From: Macrostomum lignano
Lineage: Eukaryota
Reading direction: 5' to 3'
NCBI GenBank assembly: GCA_002269645.1
Contig: NIVC01000841.1
Span: 124,001-188,000 of the forward strand
Length of the DNA stretch: 64,000 nt
Made by a program: the position numbers and the translations under genes
Part shown: positions 30,300 to 45,934 of the stretch, piece after piece
Layout of the letters: every line of letters begins with the position of its first letter
Position numbering within the stretch: the first letter of the stretch is position 1
Notes under the pieces: generated by a model
The model's input: only the letters and a program-made list of their open reading frames with translations
The model's database searches: none
Told to the model about the DNA's origin: nothing

Positions 30300-30780
30300 A
30301 CAAACTCAATCAATTCACTCCTTGCTAGGAGCACTCTGACTCCTTGCTCTTAAATCTATAGCAGGGGCCCCTGGTGAAAAACGGGCAGTGAAAGATGTAC
30401 GTACCAAAGAGGCATCGCTTCTCCAGACCTCGCCCTGAAGGGAAAGGTGGCGAGAGAATTGGCCATGCATGCTGCCTGCTTTGAGGTCTCTGCAGTTGAG
30501 TCCTAAGGAGGGTTCTAAGGGGACGGACGGACAGTCGGAAGCACCGGGATTGCCTGAAATCCCCGCGAGTGTCATGCCACCTGCGGAGTCTGCTTAGCGT
30601 TTGAGGCGGGAGTTGATCACTGAGGTGAAGATGGGTGTCCCTGCGCAGGGCCCGATCCCCCAACACAGCGCGCGCCTTGGCAAGCAGGTCTGCACACTCG
30701 TTGCCAAGAAATCTATAGCGTGGCTTGATTGGGATCCATTTGAGCTCCACTTTCACATTCAAAACCCGTAGCAAGAGCCG
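30300..30780 (-). mobile_element. Decayed non-LTR retrotransposon 3' fragment (RNase H-like domain)
   Basis: VELKWIP...GNECADLLAK resembles the RNase H motif WIPGH..GNE.AD.LAK of R1/LOA/I-group LINEs. Confidence 0.55.
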
Positions 30781-30995
30781 TTTACAAGAACGCCAGATCT
30801 ACAAGTCTATGAATAGATTCCTCGATATAACTACTTGCCTTCATCAAAATTTCTATTTCAAACAGTCTATGGCTAGCATCAAATGTCTTTACAAGTACGC
30901 GCGTAGATCGTTTAGCGATGAAAAAGTAAAATTTAGTAAAACCATAACAAAAATCGATCTACATGTAAACACTATTAAGCAACCTTCATAGAAAA

Positions 30996-33900
30996 ATGTT
31001 GTACAGTTTCTGGTGCAACCTAAGTAGCACCAGGATGGCTTTGCTGTCAATTAATGTTGCCTTTCTTCTAGCCGGCATCGCTTTGAGAGTCGCCATTCAG
31101 TTGACAATCAACTCGCCAGTGGTGTCCAAGATCAACCTGCTGGATTCGTTGGACGCGTGCTCGAATTCTCTGATTCCGATATCGATTGTTGGTTTCGCTG
31201 GTGCCTGGATGAAGAATCACACTGTACTGTTTATGTACCTGTTGTGCACGTTCCCCCTCTGTCTAATTCAGTTCTCAGTCTCGTGCAGCTGCTTAGCAGC
31301 CGATTCGAATCAGATCAAAACCATTATTGAGGCCGGCTGGAACCGGGCCGGCGATGCAAAGCGAGCAGAGGCTCAGGTAAATTCGCATCAATAAAACTTT
31401 GATGGCCTGCTATTTTTTGAAGTACATAACAAGGACAACTAAAGCAACGTACGAGCGTATGTAGAGGACGCGACACTCCCGTTTCATGGAAAAATACACT
31501 ACGGAGACAGGAAGTTTTCAGCTTTTCAGCACAAAAATAGTTATTGCTTTCGATAGGAGGCAGACCAAATGTTCATCTTTTGATATGCTGTGCATTTCTT
31601 ATAACTATATTGATATTCATAAAGCTTTTTGTTCGGAGAAATACTATTCTATGTTAGTTTTTCCTGTACCATTAAAATCGCACGGCTCAGCTCCATTGGT
31701 TTTATGAATCTATTTAATCATTCTTAGCTGACAGTGTAACAATATGTGTAAAAGAGATGATAAAATAGATTCATAAAACCAAAGAGTCGAGCTATGCCAT
31801 TTATTTCTAATATTTTTAGGCACAGGACATATGCAATTGTACATAATTAATAAAAATTAACATAGAATTCTAATTTTCTGAACAAAAAGCTTTATGAATA
31901 TCGATAGAGCAATAAGAAAGACACAACATATCAAAAGATGTACATTAGATCTGCCTCCTATCGAAAGCAATAACAATTTTTGTGCTGAAAAACTGAAAAC
32001 TTCCTATCTCCGTAGTGTATTTTTCGGCGAAAAGTGGCCTTCAAGACATTTTCCAAAGATTTCAAGTGTTGCATCCTTATACTTTAGTAGTCCTTGGTGC
32101 ATCACCAAAACAAGAACTACATGTTTTTTGTTAAAAGTTTAGTAAAATTATGGTTTGTTGATGTTCTCGACTTAATTTGCATTCAACCGTCGAAGACATG
32201 CGCGCGCACTTGTCGGCGCTTCGGCAACTCCGTCACTCCGTCTTTCGTCAGTTCCTGAAGCGCGCCCCCTACGACGCTATAACATTACCAGCTCCATTGT
32301 TTCTTTCCAGACTTTCGAAACGAACTAGTCCCTCCGGTTAAGTCTAAGTCATCATTTTTTCAGATCTCTGTCCGAAGTGACGCAATTTTCTGGCGTGGAG
32401 AGAGTGAAGATTTATGGCCTAGAGATCGGGATTATTAAAGCTTCCCTATGTTTTCCACTGCGTGTTTCGGAGTGGAATTATTCTACTTTTCGTTGAGTGT
32501 ATTTTATATCGCTTTTAATATAGCATTTTGCAGCCCATTTGGGCTTACGCGCATTTAATTTAATCCAAGATATGTTTGCGAATGTAACGGAGCTTTTGTC
32601 TATGGTAGCAAGGCTGGCGCAGCGGCATTTAATTTGGTCCAAAAGGCATCCATTTGGTCCAAAAACTCGTGAGCCATTGGACAAACTCCTGCCTTCTCGC
32701 AACAGTCTGCAGGTTGTTGCGCACCGCTGGAATGTCAGCGTCTCTACCAAAAGTTTTCAGTTGCTTTTCCAGAGCTCTGCTGATAGTCGAAATCTGATAA
32801 CCAACTGGAGCTGTTCCCTCAACTTCTGCTGCATTTTCTGAAACGTCAACAAAGGGTTCGTCTCCACTGCATCGAGTAGCAGTTGGACCCACAGAATATA
32901 GACAGAATGCCCGATCGGCTGTCGCGGGATGTTTGGAAATTAATATGCAAACAAACTACTTATGTGGTGAAGCGGAGCAGTAGTTATGAAAATTCGATAT
33001 GCATATATATATATTTATAATATATGTAGACTCTGCGTATGATTCTATAAACTTAGATACTGCTTCAGAATTTAAAATTAACAGGTTTGGCAGTGCCCAA
33101 ATTGGAATAAAACCGTAGACGTTGTCACCAACCATTTATTTGAAACAAATAACATATTTGAAACATTTTAATTATTATTATTAACAATTCACCAATTTAC
33201 TCCAATTTGTATTCGCTGCTCCAGTCCAGTGCCGCTATAATCAAATTCAATGCAATGCTTATGCAGAGCATTTCGCATGTTCTTTAAGCAATGAGGAACA
33301 TCGATGAAAGCTGGAATCAGTGACTGAACTCCGTCTACTTCGATGCACACGGAAGGGCGATCAGGATTCGCCCCTAACTGTCGCAAGCAATGCCACTGAG
33401 TAGACTCCTGGTCACACACGATGCCGGAAAGCGTGAGTCCCATTCTTTTAACTGCAGCAACAGACTCAGAGAGGATCTGTTTGAATCTCAGTGCCCCAGG
33501 TGCGTGGTGGATGAGATAGTGCCCAATCGGCTGCTTCCATCTTGAGCAAGTGCCTTTGAGCCATACAGCGACAAACTCATCAGCAGTAGTCGCAGTTCGA
33601 CCCCCAGCGGACGTGCCACAGTCTTCGAAGCCGATGATCTGGTCCGCGTTCTTATCGTAGCGAAGCGAAGGCCTCACAGACAAGCTCTGTACGCGACAGA
33701 CACTTTCGTCCTCTCAATTTCGCCGAATCTGCAGCTGAGACGACTGGTTCTCCATCAAAACACTGCACATTGTCCTCAGTGCGACCTTCTCTCGGCCTCC
33801 TCTCCTTCGCAAGTGGAGAAACTCTTACTCTCGGACGCGAGCGTCGGTAAGGTTCTGCTGTTTCTTTGTACAGCTGGAGCGTCGGGTATGCCGTGGGCAT

Positions 33901-35364
33901 CAGTCTGACCCCAGGCTCATGTCTCTGGTCAGGACACACGTGGGGAACATGCTGTCGGGAAAATGGTGGCTGCACACGACAGCGTTCTTCCACCTCGCTT
34001 CGTTTTTCTTGCCCAAGAGGTCTGATCGGAAAATGCGCCGAGCCCAATCTTCACACCTACAGTACTTAGGTTTCAGTGAATGACTGTGGCAATAGCAGGC
34101 AAGTCACGCATGTACATGAACATACCTTTCACGGTTTGCTGTGAAACGATAAAATCTCGTTTGTGCAGGACATTTGTTTGCGTAATTCTGGCAGCCATAA
34201 GCAGCGCATTGCCTTCTTGATGCTGTCATAATGTTAAAGTTGTCTCTGTTAATGCCTACGTTGCTGCCAATCACTGCCTTATTAATGTCAGTAGCAGCAG
34301 CCGCTGCCACAGAATATACTGTATATTCTATGGCATCGGCTGCTGCTACTCGCAGTCTCAGTCGTCTATGGCAGAACCTTTCCGAGCCGCATACGAGTAA
34401 GTATAAGTGACTACTATCTTTCTTCACCACAAAAGTAGCTAAATATGCAAATACTTTTTGCGGCAGATTTTTCTGCGAGAGGGCTGATCGGCCATTCTGT
34501 CTATATTCTGTGGTTGGACCTGAGGCTCTCGAGCAACTTTCCTTGGCGATTGCCACCCTTTCGCAGGCAATCTCTGCCGGCAGAGTTTCAAGGCGCTCCT
34601 GGATGCTGTAAACCACCTTTTCTTTTACATTCAGCAACCTTGCAATGTCCTTTGGGTGTTCACCTCCGTCGAGTGCTTCGATCACAAGCCAATGACATTT
34701 GTTCAACAGCCTAGCATATGGTCCACAATTGGGACTGAGCTGCAAATGAACTAAATGGACCAAATTGATGCTTGTTGGACCAAATTAAATGCCGCTGCGC
34801 CAGCCTTGCTACCATAGACAAAAGCTCCGTTACATTGACAAACATATCTTGGATTAAATTCAATGCGCGTAAGCCCAAATGGGCTGCAAAAAGCTATAGT
34901 GAATCTAAGCAAAATAGTTATTAATATTCAGTGCTTTCACTTTACTCAACAGTAGCATGATACGAGTGGTATGCGCGTGAGACGCAACACAAAACAATTC
35001 TTCGAATCAAATTTTGCAGACAAAATACAAATGCTGCGGCCTGTACCATTCCGGGTACGTCAGCGATCCGCTGGGGCATCCACCCTGCTCGGAGCAGGAC
35101 TGCTGCACTCAGGCTAAAGTGCAGCATCTCTGCTGCATAAATAAATTAAATAAATCGACTATTTCGAGCGAAGAAATTCAAAGCTGTCCCTGTACTGACT
35201 TCTGTATGGAGAAAATTAGTGATAAATTTACGGTAATAGTCTGTTCTCTTGGCACTTCGGGCCTGCTGCTTTCCTTTGCCGAAGTTGCTGCCATTGTGCT
35301 GTCAATAGCCATGCGAGATCTCATGAATTTGAACTTTGATAGAGCCAGGGCCTTGTATCGGTAG
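30996..35364 (+). CDS. Tetraspanin, TSPAN13/31-like, 241 aa. Exons 30996-31376 and 35020-35364
   Basis: LFMYLL...IQFSVSCSCLA...IEAGWN (TSPAN13 VQFSVSCACLA..LEVGWN); EC2 CCG motif; hydrophobic TM4 (GLLLSFAEVAAIVLSI); phase-0 CAG|GTAAAT and ttttgcag| junctions. Confidence 0.85.
31430..32096. mobile_element. Foldback/MITE-like palindromic element, about 670 bp, in the tetraspanin intron
   Basis: 31430-31730 and 31760-32096 are imperfect reverse complements (ttttatgaatctattt / aaatagattcataaaa at the centre; caaggac / gtccttg at the ends). Confidence 0.7.
32521..34896 (-). mobile_element. Second copy of the long-TIR Tc1-like element in reverse orientation, split by a P-element insertion
   Basis: TA|TAGCATTTTGCAGCCC...GGGCTGCAAAAAGCTA|TA. 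Segments 32521-32889 and 34521-34896 together reconstitute the 11144-11889 element. Confidence 0.85.
32890..34512 (-). mobile_element. P-element superfamily transposon, internally deleted (1623 bp), with THAP and transposase remnants
   Basis: 8-bp TSD GTTGGACC at 32882-32889 and 34513-34520; TIR CACAGAATATAGACAGAATG. THAP C2CH: MTASRRQCAAYGC..RFYRF..W...CSHHF..PTAYPT, with a 69-nt GT-AG intron (34057-34125) and a frameshift. Transposase core: YDKNADQIIGFEDCG, WKQPIGHY, GIVCDQ, DVPHCLKNMRN. Confidence 0.9.
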
Positions 35365-35649
35365 TTTTGTAACTTTATCTTCGTATCAGTAAAGCTGCTT
35401 CACCTTAGTAATCAAATCAGTAATTTTCTACCATTGTCTATTAAAATATAATGTTAGAATCGTCAAAAAGTTGATTTTATTATTCAATACATTCAAGAAC
35501 TCTGTTTGCTTCCCATTTGGTTTTTACCGCGTCCAATACATTTGATACAATGAAGGGTTCATAATCACTACCGGTACTCGTATAGACTAAGAACTGAAAT
35601 CAACAGGCAATTCGGTTTTTCGCTATCTATTTGATTTATTTAACGAACA

Positions 35650-35930
35650 TCAAACTCCGAATGCATGAATTCACTGTCCTCTCTGTCCACCGAAAGGATC
35701 GATTGGACGTCAATTCTCTAGCAAACGCAGTCAAGGAGCTCCTGAGGCACGTAGCACCAGATGACACGTCGCGCTACACTAACCAGAGCTTGCTAAAGAC
35801 GTGCGCGACCTCGTCTGCATCAGGCGGGGTGGAGCGCGCTGAAATTTGTCGAGTTACTGCATGGCGTTGAGCGTTCCATCGTGCAAGTTCAGCGCGCACT
35901 TGATGAAGCTCAGTCTCTGAGATTTCAACT
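35650..35930 (+). pseudogene. Tyrosine-recombinase C-terminal remnant (Crypton/DUF3504-like), frameshifted
   Basis: SRYTNQSLLKTCATSSASGGVERAEICRVT followed by a frameshifted H resembles the YTNHSLR.T.AT.L...G....I...TGH box of Crypton-type recombinases. Confidence 0.5.
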
Positions 35931-36599
35931 CGAGCGGACTCGTGCCGCTCGCAACACCGCACAAAGCCAGTCGGAGGAACTGGACGACGGCACGGCTCAG
36001 CCATCCAACTGATGGGATTGCGTTGTGCGAAGGATGTGGTAAAAAGATGGCTGCCACTAACCTGGCACGCCACAGAAAGATCTGCCGAAACTGACCGGAC
36101 CGGCCCGTGACGGGACGGCGCGCCTATGCCGCAAGGCGATAAAAAGGCGAGAAGAAGAAGAAGAAGAAGAACTGATGGGATTGCCTCCAGGATGTTGCCG
36201 GCCGAGTTCAGACTTTTGACGGCCGGGCGCAAGGCAAAGGCAGCAGCCGTAACTCAGTTGCAGTGCGGCTAAGTGTCTCACCTGCGACGGGTGCCGCGTC
36301 CACCTCCACGACTCAACCCTCACCGAGAAGGCTAAGAAATGAGGATGAGTTGCTTTTCTCCGACCCTGGACAGTAGACATGACCGTCTCTCAGGGCATTC
36401 ACTGCTTGCAGGTCAACCTGCAGCACAGCGTTGCTGCTTCAGTCAACCTCATGAAGCACAACGCACCAGGAATCATTCTTATCCAGTAACCTTGGACGCT
36501 CAGGGGCAGCCCACAACACCGCTGGGGCTTTTAACCGCTGACACCCGGGAGGAAAACCTGGCACCAAGATCCTGTATCGTGGTGTCCAGCTCTGATCGT

Positions 36600-37145
36600 T
36601 AAAGCGTTTACGCAGGACAAAATGTCCAAACTTTCCTCAGTCAAGAGAGCCGACGACTCGCCCACTGAAAACCCAGGAGAAACACTGGAGGCGATGCTTA
36701 CAGCGTTTATCTCGAACGAGCCAGCCAGGCCCGACCCCCTGATCACTCCCACTCGCACCTTACCTGGTGGATCATGCATACGATCAGTTTTCGTACTGCC
36801 ACCGCGCACCTGCTGGGCCACCAACGGATGATAAACATCTGCAAAGGCAGCCCCCAAGGCGGTGTTCTTTCTCCAGTTCTCTGGAACATGGTAATCGATG
36901 AGCTCCATGGACAGCCATCTTGACTACAGAACACAGACACAGACCACAGGCCACAGACCACAGTAAGTTCTGTGATCTTGACCCCATCATTAAGGTCGGT
37001 TATGTCGATGATGTCACAGCCGTGCATGGCATCCGGGCCGTCACCTGAAACCCTTAGAGATCTTTTACAAAACTTTATTCGCTCTGCTGAACAATGGACG
37101 GACAGGTCCGAGACCAAAACTGTCGCGATCATATTCGCCAGCAGG
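36600..37145 (+). mobile_element. Decayed LINE (R1/LOA-like) reverse transcriptase fragment
   Basis: GSPQGGVLSPVLWNMVIDEL (RT domain 4) and VGYVDDV (YxDD) in broken frames; TKTVAIIF downstream. Confidence 0.75.
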
Positions 37146-38205
37146 GTCAATTGGCGTATTCGTCCATTAAATCATTATGGAGAGGAAAGAGGAGAAAATA
37201 GAGCAGAGAAGGAGAAGAGAGGAGAGAAGGAGAGGAGAGAGGAGCGAAGAGAGAAGAGAGAAGAGAGAAGAGGGGGAGAGGAGAGAGGAGATGAGATAAA
37301 AGAAGGAGTAAGGAGCAGAGACGGGGCACAAACCTTCAGCAGGCCGAATTGCTATTGTGACGTTTAAAAGGATCCGAGGGCCGGATAGAGAGGCTTTGCA
37401 GGCTACATGCGGGTGCCGGAATTTGCCCGCACCTGGTCTATGGTGCTTTGTTTGCTTGTATTTTGGTCTCAGTTCTGGCAAAGTTTTCTGAGATTAGTCT
37501 ATGGCTCAAGCTGGGTTGATAATGGTACGAGCGTACATGAATAGAGATTGCGTTTTTGGCAAAGTAAAGATCGCAAAAAGGTATCATTAATCTTGGATTT
37601 AATTACAAGTTTTGATTAGTCCATAAAAAGTACACGTACACATTTCAAATAAACCGAAAAAATAAAGCAACCAACGTCATCTGTACTTTTCTGCTGCGGC
37701 GGAGATGCTATCAAAATATCTATTATCAAAGTCTCGTGTTGACCGCGTGTTCGATTAGCATTATCTTTTTAAAAAATTCTCAAGTCTTGCCGCTAAACAC
37801 AAGCTCTGTGTCAAATATGACGTCCGCACCATTGCAATCAAGTTAAAGCCGAAACGAGTTCAAGTAGGCACAAGCCGATAAGCCTCGCATGCCACGCGCT
37901 GTAATCAAAATCGGAAGACTTTTTTACAAGATAACTTACAGACTGGTAAATAGAAATTGCTAGGCGTGCACTTAGATCACGCGTGATCTGCTTTACAAGC
38001 CCTTTTCTGACCCACCGACTAGGGTGAACGTCCGAACTCGGGCTCGCACTCGCCTCGTGGGTGAGTGCTGCACTGCGACATTATTCGGCTATAAATACTC
38101 TCGAAAAAGCATACAATTGTGGCATGACCTGGCAGACTCTCGCTGCACTAATCTACCTTATTCAAGACAATTGCTTCGAACTAAGACTCTTTGCATCTTT
38201 CACCC

Positions 38206-41617
<3,412 letters not shown>

Positions 41618-42109
41618 GACAAAACTGGATGCTAGCTCGTACTTAGAAAAAAACCGTATGAAATGGTCAAAATTTACACAAGACCTGTTTTCAAATATAT
41701 TTAATGATTAAGTTTCGCCGCTATGAAAAACTGATAGTGCATATGCTCATAAGTTACTTCACCTGCGTGTAATATTAACAATTCTGTGTTAATAAAGCTT
41801 TCTGTCTATCACTTCTTTCCATAGCTTTCACACGGTGCTAACGTTATTTCATTTGAGTGCATCTGAACCGTTCACGTCAAATTTCTATTGTATATTTTGT
41901 TTGTTTTCACCGGTGCTAAAAATTACTTTTTTGTTACTGTTTCATGTGGTATTGAAACGATTGAATGAAGTATATGTAGCTATCTGTACCTTTTCTTTGT
42001 CAATTACTTACATTGTTGCATTGACTATCACAATTGGCATAATATTGACTTTTTTGTTTTTTTATTTTCGAATTAAAAGAAAAATCTCACGGCTGAATTT
42101 CTCCGCTAA

Positions 42110-42625
42110 GCTCACAACTAGATTATCTCACAACTGGATAATCTCACAACTGGATAATCTCACAACTGGATAATCTCACAACTGGATAATCTCACAACTG
42201 GATAATCTCACAACTGGATAATCTCACAACTGGATAATCTCACAACTGGATAATCTCACAACTGGATAATCTCACAACTGGATAATCTCACAACTAGATA
42301 ATCTCACAACTAGATAATCTCAAAATTCGATAATCTCACAACTAGATAATCTCAAAATTCGATAATCTCACAACTAGATAATTTCACAACTGGATAATCT
42401 CAACTGGATAATCTCACAACTCGATAATCTCACAACTAGATAATCTCATAACCAGATAATCCCACAACTATATAATCTCACAACTATATAATCTCATGGC
42501 TCGATAATCTCACAACTCGATAATTACACAACTCTATAATCTCACACCTCGATATTATCGAGGTAATCTCGATAATCTCACAGGTCTTTAATCTCATAGC
42601 CTGTTTATCTCATCTTGATAATCTC
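42110..42625. repeat. 17-bp minisatellite (ggataatctcacaact)n
   Basis: Direct read. Confidence 0.9.
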
Positions 42626-43254
42626 ATAGCTTTAAAATATAGTGCCTATGTGAATAATAAGTTGAAAAAACTCAATTGCTTTCATTTCAATCGCCTTACG
42701 AGCGTAAATGTTTCAAATCTAGCCAAAATTTACCCCACTTATACCATCAGTGCCGCTAATAAGTAGGCAGATAAGCACGCAGCAGACATATTTGCGCTAG
42801 CCACTAAAAAACCTATTTAAGCATAAATCGAAAAGGAAAGATCTTGTTCAGTGAGCTTACTGAGAGGCAAATGGTTCGAACTGGTGGGCCGAACAGTTTT
42901 GTTTTAGTCAGTCAGCCGAAACTAAACAGATTGCAGGGGACACGAAATCGGCCTCTTTCATATTTCTCTATTACGATACGCATCAGCGATATGATATAAG
43001 AATCTGAAATACAGAGATCATGTTGATCAATTATGCCTTGTAGGGAGAGTGTGTTTGAGAAATGCTAGCACAAAAAAGCAGACTAAGGTTATCCTCGTGG
43101 GGATAACTTATATCCAGAAGCCAAAAAGAAGAACATGAAATGCCAGCTTTGGCAAATGGGAGGCGGAAGATATTCACGGAGAATAAACAAGACTGCAGTG
43201 AGATAAGTCAGTTTTGCTTGGCTGGCGACTCCAATGGTGGAGTGATAGACTTAT

Positions 43255-45150
43255 CATCTACTAATATGGGATTTCTAATCTACTAATATGGGATTTCTTA
43301 TCCACTAATATGGGATTTCTTATCTACTAATCTGGGATTTAAAATCTACTAATCTAGGATTTAAAATCTACTAATCTAGGATTTAAAATCTACTAATCTA
43401 GGATTTAAAATCTACTAATCTAGGATTTCTAATCTACTAATCTTGGATTTAAAATTTACTAATCTAGGATTTCTAATCTACTAATCTTGGATTTCAAATC
43501 TACTAATCTGGGATTTCTAATCTACTAATCTTGGATTTCAAATCTACTAATCTAGGATTTCTAATCTACTAATCTTGGATTTCTAATCTACTAATCTAGG
43601 ATTTCTAATCTACTAATCTAGGATTTCTAATCTACTAATCTAGGATTTCTAATCTACTAATCTAGGATTTCTAATCTACTAATCTGGGATTTCTAATCTA
43701 CTAATCTAGGATTTCTAATCTACTAATCTGGGATTTCTAATCTACTAATCTAGGATTTCTAATCTACTAATCTAGGATTTCTAATCTACTAATCTGGGAT
43801 TTCTAATCTACTAATCTAGGATTTCTAATCTACTAATCTAGGATTTCTAATCTAGTAATCTAGGATTTCTTATCTACTAATCTAGGATTTTTAATCTACT
43901 AATCTGGGATTTCTAATCTACTAATCTAGGATTTATAATCTACTAATCTAGGATTTAAAATCTACTAATCTTGGATTTCGAATCTACTAATCTAGGGTTT
44001 CTAGCCTACTAATATGGGATTTCTAATCTGCTAATATGGGATTTCTAATCTACTAATCTAGGATTTCTAATCTACTAATCTGGGATTTCTAATCTACTAA
44101 TCTAGGATTTCTAATCTACTAATCTAGGGTTTCTAGCCTACTAATCTAGGATTTCTAATCTACTAATCTAGGATTTCTAATCTACTAATCTGGGATTTCT
44201 AATCTACTAATCTAGGATTTCTAATCTACTAATCTAGGATTTCTAATCTAGTAATCTAGGATTTCTTATCTACTAATCTAGGATTTCTAATCTACTAATC
44301 TGGGATTTCTAATCTACTAATCTAGGATTTATAATCTACTAATCTAGGATTTAAAATCTACTAATCTTGGATTTCGAATCTACTAATCTAGGGTTTCTAG
44401 CCTACTAATATGGGATTTCTAATCTGCTAATATGGGATTTCTAATCTACTAATCTAGGATTTCTAATCTACTAATCTGGGATTTCTAATCTACTAATCTA
44501 GGATTTCTAATCTACTAATCTAGGGTTTCTAGCCTACTAATCTAGGATTTCTAATCTACTAATCTAGGATTTCTAATCTACTAATCTGGGATTTCTAATC
44601 TACTAATCTAGGATTTCTAATCTACTAATCTGGGATTTCTAATCTACTAATCTAGGATTTCTAGTCTGCTAATCTAGGATTTCTAATCTACTAATCTAGG
44701 ATTTATAATCTACTAATCTTGGATTTCTAATCTACTAATCTAGGATTTCTAATCTACTAATCTAGGATTTCTAATCTACTAATCTAGGATTTCTTATCTA
44801 CTAATCTAGGATTTCTAATCTAGTAATCTAGGATTTCTAATCTACTAATCTAGGATTTATAATCTACTAATCTAGGATTTATAATCTACTAATCTAGGAT
44901 TTCGAATCTACTAATCTAGGGTTTCTAGCCTACTAATATGGGATTTCTAATCTACTAATATGGGATTTCTAATCTACTAATATAGGATTTCTAATCTACT
45001 AATCTGGGATTTCTAATCTAATCTAGGATTTCTAATCTACTAATCTAGGGTTTCTAGCCTACTAATCTAGGATTTTTAATCTACTAATCTGGGCGACTTC
45101 TAATCTACTAATCTTGAATTTATAATCTACTAATCTGGGATTTCTAATCT
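43255..45150. repeat. 22-bp minisatellite (ctactaatctaggatttctaat)n, about 85 units, with 396-bp higher-order repeat
   Basis: Direct read; the variant series starting tctagtaatc recurs at 43851 and 44247. Confidence 0.95.
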
Positions 45151-45934
45151 ACAATTTTTGTTTACAATCTCCTAAGGTAAGTGTAAATATTTTTTTTCTT
45201 CAAAATTTTATATCTTAGCAACAATATTTCAGACCCTGCCAAAAACCATATCGCTCAAATCTGCAGTTTGCCCGAAGGCCTTGACAGCAAGACAGACAGA
45301 CAGTAATGATAGGTGCGCGGCTCATTTATTTGACGTGTCCAAACCAGACTCAACCCCTCAGGCTGCCATCTACTCCCCACAGAGTCAATTGGCGTAACCG
45401 GTCACTAAACCACAAGGAACAATTTCTGCATTTCTGCTCAAGCTCAAGCAGCTTGCGGGCTTACGGTGAAAGCAAAAAAACATGACGCTGTCTTCTTATA
45501 CTCTCGGAACTGCCAATTGAAGGTTATGAAGTCATAATGGGATTTTGTGCGGCAGGGTGCGAGTAGGCAGGCAGCTCGTCCTGGACAGCTCGAAATCTCA
45601 ACGGTTCGCTCGAGCGAGGAAAATCAGATTTGAAAATCTGCGCTCACAGGCCTCCGCCCGAACCTCTCATCCCACTTGATCGAGAATTTCCCAACCCCAT
45701 ACCCCCTCTCTGTATCCTGACCTTGCATACGTTAAAAAGAAAATTTCTAGTGGAATCCCCAATTCTCCGACTTCTTAGGGGGGCTGGGACTGCGGATCAA
45801 GGAGTCCTTGAAGGGAATCTGGGATTTCTAAAATCTTTGGCGAAGAAAGCAAGTTTTACAAGTTTTCTGTTCGGTCGAATAGGGATTTTGTTAAACTTTA
45901 TCTCACGAATTAAAACTTAATAAATTCTCTGAAT

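Noticed and set aside
36090-36340. Possible gag zinc knuckle upstream of the LINE RT fragment
   Set aside because: No frame gives a CCHC pattern.
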